Assembly (NCBI GenBank): GCA_963836075.1
Contig: CAWIIB010000009.1
Span: 3,232,001-3,296,000, forward strand
Length of the DNA: 64,000 bases
DNA from: an uncultured Acidobacteriota bacterium
GTDB taxonomy: Bacteria; Acidobacteriota; JAQAZP01
Direction of reading: 5' to 3'
This document shows positions 44,163-51,884 of this stretch, in pieces. The notes beneath the pieces were generated by a model that made no database searches, was not told the DNA's origin, and saw only the letters and a list, made by a program, of their open reading frames with translations. Position 1 is the first letter of the stretch; every line of letters begins with the position of its first letter. Position numbers and translations under genes: made by a program.

Positions 44163-44509
44163 GTGTTCCAACCGGCAGTCCCGCTGTGGGGAAACCCACA
44201 ACCGCTTTCCCGACAACTGTTTCACCTCTCTGCCAATCATACTCCAACAGGGGTGCGGGCCTACTCCCGGGATCATCTGCCCGGTTTCTGTTTCGTCTCC
44301 GTAACCGGGAGGGGATTCGTTGACGGGAATGTGGCCGATCCAGGCGGAGAAGGAAGGGGTTGTTGTGCAGCCGCCGAGAGCAGCTTCAGGCGTACAAAAG
44401 AAAAGGCCGGGAACGTGTCCAGACCTTTAAGGCAGAGAGAAAAGGGATTTAAACTTATAAGCGGCCCTCATGATGCTGAAATAACTGCCGCGCTCCGATC
44501 ACCGTGAGT

Positions 44510-44667
44510 TGGGTGATGAAAAAGGGGTAGCGATCGATTGTGTTGTGCATGTCCAACCCTCGAACTTTCCCCATGGCCGCATTTATGGGGATTCGGGATC
44601 GTTGGCAACCGAAGCGCGGCTGACCTATTCAGTTCATGATCGGGATGAGGATGATTTCCGCCACCCC
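44510..44667 (+). ncRNA. Candidate structured non-coding element, copy 2
   Basis: Stems GTTGTGC/GCGCGGC, CCAAC/GTTGG, CGAA/TTCG and TCCCCAT/ATGGGGA. Confidence 0.45.
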
Positions 44668-45054
44668 GATCGACTCTTCACTAGAGCAATCGATGTGCCA
44701 AGTATCGGCCTTCATCAGAGGCAATCGATAAATCCAATGGAATCAAATTTTAGATAAGGCATGATCACGACTGATGCTGCTCATCAGCCATGAACTGGCC
44801 TGGTTGGCTTTCTGAAAATGTTGCACTATTGTAACTCTCCGGTTCAGAGCGCCGAATGGTTGACAGCAGTGAACCGTCACCGGTGATCGCCGGCCTTTTC
44901 CTCCCCGGGTCGGAGGTCCGATAAAAAAGGCGCACCCCTTCCAGGACGCCCCTTCTCAATACTTCAAGAATTCATCAATATGGATTGCTTAATATATTGA
45001 ATTGATTATATATATAATATAATTAATAAAATATCATATAAAATATAATTGGTA

Positions 45055-45087
45055 TTGACATTTGATATTAGATGTAATATAAAATGT
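45055..45087 (+). promoter_or_regulatory. Sigma70-type promoter overlapped by a palindromic operator
   Basis: TTGACA-N17-TATAAA; inverted repeat ACATTTGATATTA-GATG-TAATATAAAATGT at 45058-45087 with one mismatch; very AT-rich upstream. Confidence 0.7.
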
Positions 45088-45135
45088 GTCATCTTAGTAA
45101 TTAGCAGTCCAACTCTTCCATTCTTTACAGAGAAC

Positions 45136-45651
45136 ATGAAATTACGTTTTGCCGCATTGGCGCAGGGTCAACTTCGCAGGGAACCCCTTTCGGAGAGTCT
45201 TCGGGCCCAGGGCAGCAGGCTTGTTTCCAGGCTCTGGGAACTGGCCCACCGGGACCCGTCGATCAATGTCGAACGGTGGGACCGCCGTGAGAAACGTCTT
45301 TTCGACAGGTGTTTCAAACGGTTTGGCAAAAACTTTACCCTCGACCTGGTACATCAGGCACGGCTTGAGGGGATCAGCAGTTCTGAGAGCGCAGAGAGTA
45401 TCGCCAGCCAGTTCAAGGTCTTTTTCGAAGAACTGGGAGAGAGCGTCTGGGTTCAGATTACCTTGGGTGACGACCGGCGGGGCACCGGGTTCCTCCACGC
45501 CACGCCGAAAAACCTGGCCACCGGCCTCCGGTGGGGTGACGAGATCGAATTCGCCGGCGGTACGGAAACCCGCCGGCCGCGGTTCACGCGCAGCACAGGC
45601 CAGCGGGTGAAAGACTGCGATTGTCCATTCTGCCAGCCCTCATGGCACTGA
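45136..45651 (+). CDS. Hypothetical protein with a DUF2314-like beta segment and a C-terminal CDCPFC motif
   Basis: 171-aa ORF behind a strong promoter; GESVWVQI...GFLHATP...LRWGDEIEF resembles the DUF2314/YegJ pattern (judged by eye). Confidence 0.6.
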   Translation: MKLRFAALAQGQLRREPLSESLRAQGSRLVSRLWELAHRDPSINVERWDRREKRLFDRCFKRFGKNFTLDLVHQARLEGISSSESAESIASQFKVFFEELGESVWVQITLGDDRRGTGFLHATPKNLATGLRWGDEIEFAGGTETRRPRFTRSTGQRVKDCDCPFCQPSWH

Positions 45652-45652
45652 G

Positions 45653-45925
45653 ATGACACTGAACCGGAAAGCAGGCCGCCCCGGCAGGCCGGCAACCCCG
45701 GACGAGTTCCGGGTGCGGGTCACTTCCGTGTCCCTCTACGGGCCCGATTCCCGGCGCCTGGAAGATTTCCTCCGCATGGTCAACCTGATCAACAGCAAAC
45801 GCGGCCTGCCCAAGGCTTCGAGGAGCGACGTGATCCGCCGGGCCATCCGTCTGCTCAAGGACGAGGAGGCCGAACTCTACGCCTTGCAAATTGCCGGCTA
45901 TTTCGACAGCGACACCGGTAAATAG
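45653..45925 (+). CDS. Small ribbon-helix-helix-like DNA-binding protein
   Basis: VTSVSL strand, a helix, then SRSDVIRRAIRLL; starts 1 nt after the upstream stop. Confidence 0.65.
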   Translation: MTLNRKAGRPGRPATPDEFRVRVTSVSLYGPDSRRLEDFLRMVNLINSKRGLPKASRSDVIRRAIRLLKDEEAELYALQIAGYFDSDTGK

Positions 45926-46381
45926 GGGATGACTGCCCCCTTTTTCGCACTTTTGTCTTCTAATCGTGACGCTTGATCACCGCGTGGCGTTACGGTTATC
46001 GGCCTTCCCGTCACTGCTGAATCCGGTCACCACATCCTCTGGAACTGGCTGCCACCACTCGTTTTTTCTTGTAAAAACAATAGAATCAATTCAATAAGTG
46101 ATGATTTGCGGAGGGCTGCCGCTGGGCGCGGTCCAGAATTTTCGATGATCGACTCCCTGGGGCGACGGTTGGCACGTGAATTGAAGTCTATATGGGTGTT
46201 TTGAGGCCGGCATATTGAGAAAGGCGCTGTAAGTAATTGAAAAAAAAGACAAAGAGAAACCAACCCGGATTTGCTGCCTGCCTGGTCGTGTCCACGGCCG
46301 AGGACAGGAGTTCGCTGGTGGGTACACCGCTCGGGCAGGTATCTCCGCGCCGGATCGGGCCGGTACACTGTAAGAGGATAG

Positions 46382-46457
46382 TGGTGGACGGTAAGGGGAT
46401 CGAACCCTCGACCTCAGCGTTGCGAACGCTGCGCTCTCCCAACTGAGCTAACCGCCC
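46382..46457 (-). tRNA. tRNA-Ala (CGC)
   Basis: GGGCGGT/ACCGTCC acceptor stem with G3:U70, CAGCG-TTCGCAA-CGCTG anticodon arm, CCA end. Confidence 0.95.
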
Positions 46458-46690
46458 ACATGTTTGGAAAGGATCGCTGGCGGAACGAAAGCATCGCCCG
46501 TCCGGGCGGCCTGATGTAAAGGCTGCCGGGAGTTCAGCGGGGACGGATGATATCCGATCTCCCTGACACTGTCAACGGGCGGATATGGCCGGGACCCGGA
46601 AGGGCGAGAGGGGGAACAGGACGCCCGGGGGAATGGCCGGATGAAACGCTGAGCGACGTGGGGCCGCATAAGAATAACGAGGTGAATGCC

Positions 46691-48229
46691 ATGGCCGCGA
46701 ACGGAAGAAAACAGCAAATGCGAAGCCGCAGTGTCGGTTCGTCCTGTTCCCCCTCCCGCCTCGCCATCACCGGAACCGACGGCGGCAGCATTGCCGACTC
46801 CGGTCCCGAACTCGAGGTGCTGGAGCTGCCGGACGTTCCCAAAGTTCCGGTGGTGTCGGGGAAGTCAAAACTGCGCAAGTCACGGACTGCCGGTTCCCGG
46901 CGGAAACGCCAGGGGGAGCTGCACAGTTCCTCGGCACTGGAGAGCTATCTCGCCGAGGTGAGCCGGGTGGACCTGCTCACCCGTGACGATGAGGTCTGTC
47001 TGGCCCGACGAATACTGGCCGGCCGTCTGGAGCCAGCCGTCCTGCTGTCGAAAATCCCCTACACGGTGTCCTCGTTCCTTGCCCGGCGGGACCGTCTGCT
47101 GGAAACCGGCAGCCAGAAGAAGGACTTCCATGCCCTGGTATCGCCCTCCGGTTTCCGTACCGGGCGCAACACATCGGCCAAACAGTCCTACGACCGGATG
47201 CTCAAGACATTCCTCGACCGTGCCGCCGATGTGGAGAAACTGCACCAGTCGGCGCAGCGTGCCCGCAATCGCAAGAACGCGGCGGGCCTGCGCCGGGCTG
47301 AAATTCTGCAGAAAAAGATCAGCCTCCTGTTCGAGAAACTGGAACTCGATTTACGATTCTATGAGCGGGTGCGGCAGGAACTGCAGAGCCTTGTGGACGA
47401 GGACGCCTCGGGCGACCGCCAGCTGGTGAAGAAAGCCGGGGTTTCGAGGCGCGAGTTGCAGAAGATTCTCCTCACTCTCAAGACACTGGACCTGGAAGCG
47501 GACGATGCGCGGCGGCGGATGATGGAGGCCAACCTCAGGCTGGTGATCAGCGTGGCGCGGAAAATTGCCGGAAACGGCCCCCACCTGATGGACCTGATTC
47601 AGGAGGGGAACATCGGTTTGATGCGGGCAGTGAACAAGTTCGACTACCGTCTCGGGTTCCGGTTCTCCACCTATGCCACCTGGTGGATCCGTCAGGCGGT
47701 GAACCGGTCGCTGGTGGACTGCCAGCGGACGATCAAACTGCCGATCCACCTGCACGAATCGATGAACAAGGTGATCAGGGCCATGCGGCAGTTCAAGCAG
47801 GATCAGGGACGTGAGCCGCAACCCGAGGAACTGGCCGAACTGGTGCAGCTGAACCCGGCAAAGGTCCGGCTGATCCTGGAGAACACCCGCTCCACCGTTT
47901 CCATGGACAGCACCATCGGGGAAGAGGAGAAGACGCTCAAGGAGTTCATCCAGGATGAGCGGGCGCACCAGGACCCCGAGGCGTCGGTTTTTGCATCACA
48001 GTTGAAGCGGGAGGCCGAGACCGTTCTGAACACCCTGAGCCTCGACGAGCAGACCATTCTCCGGATGCGTTTCGGGATGAACGGTGAAGGGATGGAACAC
48101 ACCCTGGACCAGGTGGGGCGGCAGTTCAAGATCACCCGCGAGCGCACGCGGCAGATCGAGGCCCGTGCCCTGCGCAAGTTGCGCCACCGCTCGCGAAGTT
48201 CGGAGTTCGCCAGGTTCCTGGCCGGCTGA
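46691..48229 (+). CDS. Sigma-70 family RpoD/SigA-like factor (diverged paralogue); start uncertain
   Basis: Region 1.2 ([16 protein letters not shown]), [53 protein letters not shown]. Confidence 0.93.
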   Translation: MAANGRKQQMRSRSVGSSCSPSRLAITGTDGGSIADSGPELEVLELPDVPKVPVVSGKSKLRKSRTAGSRRKRQGELHSSSALESYLAEVSRVDLLTRDDEVCLARRILAGRLEPAVLLSKIPYTVSSFLARRDRLLETGSQKKDFHALVSPSGFRTGRNTSAKQSYDRMLKTFLDRAADVEKLHQSAQRARNRKNAAGLRRAEILQKKISLLFEKLELDLRFYERVRQELQSLVDEDASGDRQLVKKAGVSRRELQKILLTLKTLDLEADDARRRMMEANLRLVISVARKIAGNGPHLMDLIQEGNIGLMRAVNKFDYRLGFRFSTYATWWIRQAVNRSLVDCQRTIKLPIHLHESMNKVIRAMRQFKQDQGREPQPEELAELVQLNPAKVRLILENTRSTVSMDSTIGEEEKTLKEFIQDERAHQDPEASVFASQLKREAETVLNTLSLDEQTILRMRFGMNGEGMEHTLDQVGRQFKITRERTRQIEARALRKLRHRSRSSEFARFLAG

Positions 48230-48240
48230 CCGGCCGGGGG

Positions 48241-49335
48241 TCAGGCCAGCGACAGCATCCGGTCCAGGGCCACCAGTGCATCCCGACTGATCTCTTCGGG
48301 AACGGTGACCGGGGTGAAGTCTTCCGGTCTCTCCAGTGCCCAGCACAGGTTCTGCGGGTTAATCCGGTACATGTTCGGACAGAGGGACCGGGCCAGCGGG
48401 ATCACCGTCTTCATTCCTTCGGCTTCCCGGGCCAGTCGCTCCACCAGGTTGAACTCGGTGCCCACGGCGATGGTGCTCCCCGGTTCTGCCTGCTCCACGA
48501 AATTGATGATGAAACTGGTGGAACCGTTGGCATCGGCAGCCGCCACCACTTCCCGGGGGCATTCGGGGTGGACCACCACCTGAATGCCGGGGTGCTCCGA
48601 CCGCAGTTTCGAGATCTGGTCAGTGGTAAACCAGGTGTGTACGTGGCAATACCCATCCCACAATATCACCCTGGCCTGCCGTACGGCCTGGGGAGTGTTG
48701 CCGCCCAGCGGCTGGCCCTTGCGCCAGAGAATGATCTGCTCCTCGGGTATCTGGCGGGTCACCGCTGTGTTCCGTCCCAGATGCTGGTCAGGGAAGAAGA
48801 AGACCCGCTTCGCCTGCTCCATGGCCCAGTCAAAGGCCCGCCCGGCGTTGGACGACGTGCAGATGGTGCCCTGGTTGCGGCCGCAGAACGCCTTCAGTTC
48901 GGCGCTGCTGTTGATGTAGGTCACCGGTGTGGCCTGGCCTGACATTTCTCCCAGAACCTGACCCAGTTCATCCCAGGCCTCCTGCACCTCAACGTGGTCG
49001 GCCATGTCGGCCAGCGGGCAGCCGGCGCGGGCGTCGGGGTGGATCACGCTCTGTCCCGGAGCGGCCAGAACGGCCGCGCTTTCCGCCATGAACCGGACCC
49101 CGCAGAAGACGACCCACCTGGCACTGGTCTCCTGCTGGGCGGACCGGGCCAGCTCGAAGGAATCCCCCTTGCGGTTGCTCAGTTCCACGATTTCCTGGCG
49201 CTGGTAGTGATGGGCCAGCAGGAGCAGGCTGGATCCGTGCCGGCCCACGGCCTGGCGGCACCGCTCCACGGCCTGCTCGTCGGACAACTCCGCATACGCA
49301 TCGGGCAGCAGGTTGCTGAAGACCGCTTCGTTCAA
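48241..49335 (-). CDS. nadA: Quinolinate synthase
   Basis: LAHHYQ, GDSFEL, FCGVRFMAES, GCPLAD, YINSSA, HPEC, CPNM; TTG start just downstream of the mtnA stop. Confidence 0.95.
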   Translation of the reverse strand: MNEAVFSNLLPDAYAELSDEQAVERCRQAVGRHGSSLLLLAHHYQRQEIVELSNRKGDSFELARSAQQETSARWVVFCGVRFMAESAAVLAAPGQSVIHPDARAGCPLADMADHVEVQEAWDELGQVLGEMSGQATPVTYINSSAELKAFCGRNQGTICTSSNAGRAFDWAMEQAKRVFFFPDQHLGRNTAVTRQIPEEQIILWRKGQPLGGNTPQAVRQARVILWDGYCHVHTWFTTDQISKLRSEHPGIQVVVHPECPREVVAAADANGSTSFIINFVEQAEPGSTIAVGTEFNLVERLAREAEGMKTVIPLARSLCPNMYRINPQNLCWALERPEDFTPVTVPEEISRDALVALDRMLSLA

Positions 49336-49336
49336 C

Positions 49337-50416
49337 TTATTCCTCCCCGCCGCCGCTCCCCGGGTTGATCCGGTGGAGATCCTGCGGCTTGAAAATTCCC
49401 TTTTCAGTGATGATCCCGGCCACCAGGCGGTTCGGGGTAACGTCGAAGGAGGGATTGGCAGCCCGGGTGCCCGGCGGCGTGATCCGCACCCCGCGCTCCT
49501 CGCCGTCTTCGGTGAGCCCTTCGATGATGCGGACCTCATCCTCCCCGCGCTCCTCTATGGGGATCTGGCCGCCATCGGGGCATTGGAAATCGATGGTGGA
49601 GGTGGGAGCGGCCACATAGAAGGGGATGCCGTTCTCGGCGGCCAGCACGGCGCTGCTGTAAGTGCCGATCTTGTTTGCCACGTCCCCGTTGGCGGCGATG
49701 CGGTCTGAACCGACGATCACAATGTCGATCAGGCCGCTCTTCATCATGTGGCCGGTGGCGCCGTCAACGATTACCCGGTGGTCGATGCCCTCCTCCTCCA
49801 GTTCCCAGGCGGTGAGCTTGGTCCCCTGGCTTCGCGGCCGCGTCTCGTCGGCCCAGACGAAGATATTCATACCCTGCCGCTTGGCCTTATAAATGGGAGA
49901 GAGGGCTGATCCCCAGTCCACAAAGGCCAGCCAGCCGGCATTGCAGTGGGTGCTCACCCGGCAGCCATCCTTCAGCAGGCCGGCACCCAGTTCGCCGATC
50001 CGCTCGCAGGCGGCGGCATCCTCGTCGGCCACCGCCCGGGCCGCGGCCACGGCCGCCTTACGCCTGGCGGGAATCTCCTTTTCCGCCTCCGCAGCCTCCA
50101 TCACCCGCTGGATACCGTAGAACAGGTTCTGCGCGGTGGGCCGAGTGCCGCCGATGACCCCCGCCCCTTCCTCCATCGCTTCCCGGAAGCCATGCTCCGG
50201 TGCTGAGAGGGCGCATTGGGCCATGCCGTAAGCTCCTGTGGCGCCGATGGCACCGGCGCCCCTGACCTTCATCACGCTGATCGCCCGGGCCGTCTGCCGG
50301 TACCCCTCAAGATCGATGATTTCAAACCGGTGGGGCAGGAGGGTCTGGTCGATCATCCGCACCACCCCGTCATCTCCCATCCACACCGTTCGATAATGCT
50401 TCCCCTGGACGATCAT
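49337..50416 (-). CDS. mtnA: S-methyl-5-thioribose-1-phosphate isomerase
   Basis: IDQTLLP, VRGAGAIG, RPTAQNL, THCNAG, DETRP, GDVANKIGTY, NPSFDVTP. Confidence 0.95.
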   Translation of the reverse strand: MIVQGKHYRTVWMGDDGVVRMIDQTLLPHRFEIIDLEGYRQTARAISVMKVRGAGAIGATGAYGMAQCALSAPEHGFREAMEEGAGVIGGTRPTAQNLFYGIQRVMEAAEAEKEIPARRKAAVAAARAVADEDAAACERIGELGAGLLKDGCRVSTHCNAGWLAFVDWGSALSPIYKAKRQGMNIFVWADETRPRSQGTKLTAWELEEEGIDHRVIVDGATGHMMKSGLIDIVIVGSDRIAANGDVANKIGTYSSAVLAAENGIPFYVAAPTSTIDFQCPDGGQIPIEERGEDEVRIIEGLTEDGEERGVRITPPGTRAANPSFDVTPNRLVAGIITEKGIFKPQDLHRINPGSGGGEE

Positions 50417-50823
50417 TGGTCTATGCACCTCCTTGCGGGCCGGGACGATCACCTTACCGGGGGCCGGCCGCATCAGAGCGGCGGGCCCTCCCCGGACCTC
50501 ATCCGGGATGCTTCAAGCGAGGCGAAATTATAGTTCACCGTCTGTTGAGGTTCAACAAATACGTCAACGCCCCCCGGCGGCATGTTAAGAAAACTTGTAT
50601 TCGATAGTTGCCATTGTGGATATTGTTTTCTGCTTGCAAATATACCATCGATACCTTATATTATTAATGTTATTCGCAATGTCGGGAAGGGGAGGGATCA
50701 GGCCGCCCGTCCTTCAGCTCACCATTTCATCAGAGTCCACTGCGAGCTGTTCCCCAGGTGGACGTTGGCCAGATTCAGATTACGAATACGTGTTCCCTGT
50801 GGGAACTCTGTTTAGTGGAATTG

Positions 50824-51567
50824 ATGGATGTTCCTCCTGCCATCCCGGTGAATCGGCTTCGTGACTCCGCTCCCGGTGTGGGCCGGATTCTGGCCGGTGA
50901 GATCGGCAAGTCTGGCGATGAAGCCGTGATGATACTCCTCCGCTTCCTCTCCGCCGAGGGTGAAAATCACGTTGTCCGCAATCACGCGTTCGACGCGTTG
51001 CGGGCTCTGGGTGACGCGGGCCTCGATCCGATCCTCGCTTACCTCGGTGAGTTTGACCAATACGACGATGCCACGCAGGTTTACATCGCCAAGGGTTTGA
51101 TCCGACTGGCCGGGGAAATCGATGCCAGGCGGGCGGAACCGGAACTGATCCGGATGATCCACCGCCTGATCCGGGCCCAGGAGCAGGGAACCATTGGCCG
51201 CTCCTGGTACTTCATTCAACAGATAAAAATGGAAATCCACGCGGTGTTGGCATCCCTGGGCTGCCGGTCCGTTCTGGACGACCTGATGTCTCTTCTCGGT
51301 TCCGGCGATGAACTTGTCTTTCCGGTGGTGATCCAGTCGGTGGGTCTGATCGGCGATCGAAGGGCCCTCAGACCGCTGATCCGGTTGCATGCCCTGGAGG
51401 GGGAGGAGACCTGGCTGGCCACTGAAATTCGCAAGGCCTTCCGCAAGATCGTTCGCCGCGAGGATATGGACCTTACTGAACTGCGCCGGATGTCGACCCT
51501 CACTCCGCCCCAGAGGACCTCTCTCAATCAACTGCTGGAGAGGCGGAAGCGCAACGGCCGGTCCTGA
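50824..51567 (+). CDS. Hypothetical HEAT/PBS-lyase-like helical repeat protein
   Basis: VRNHAFDALRALGDAGLDPIL and VIQSVGLIGDRRALRPLI. Confidence 0.65.
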   Translation: MDVPPAIPVNRLRDSAPGVGRILAGEIGKSGDEAVMILLRFLSAEGENHVVRNHAFDALRALGDAGLDPILAYLGEFDQYDDATQVYIAKGLIRLAGEIDARRAEPELIRMIHRLIRAQEQGTIGRSWYFIQQIKMEIHAVLASLGCRSVLDDLMSLLGSGDELVFPVVIQSVGLIGDRRALRPLIRLHALEGEETWLATEIRKAFRKIVRREDMDLTELRRMSTLTPPQRTSLNQLLERRKRNGRS

Positions 51568-51679
51568 ACCGGGCAGCGGCGGTTCAAACCCCTTTTTCAC
51601 GCATCCACTCGCCTCTGTCATCCCCGGGTTCGCCATGTGGGAAGCCCTGTGCTGGGAGCATTTTGGGGCTTATTGCGAA

Positions 51680-51708
51680 TTGACATTCCTCTTGCGATGT
51701 ACTATATT
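51680..51708 (+). promoter_or_regulatory. Sigma70-type promoter upstream of the BNR-repeat gene
   Basis: TTGACA-N17-TATATT. Confidence 0.6.
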
Positions 51709-51884
51709 CAGCGGAATCGGACTGGTCCGGATGTGTTGTGTGGTTTTCTTCCAGAACCCACAGTCATGCAGCGATCATTTCAATAATTTCAGGTCAGACC
51801 AATACATGCGACGCAAGTGCGGCTCTCCGTGTTAGGTAAGAGCGGTTTACCTGTGGCGGTAAGTGGTTAGCAGGACGTAATTTT

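Noticed and set aside
44148-44200. CCGGTGCAATCCG resembling part of a cobalamin riboswitch
   Set aside because: It lacks the AGGGAA element, GCCACTG and the B12 box, and there is no B12-related gene downstream.
44509-44757. 82-aa ORF over copy 2 of the duplicated element
   Set aside because: TTG start with no clear RBS, and the frame is broken by indels in copy 1.
43950-46457. Intact integrative element at tRNA-Ala
   Set aside because: No integrase and no att duplication of the tRNA 3' end were found.
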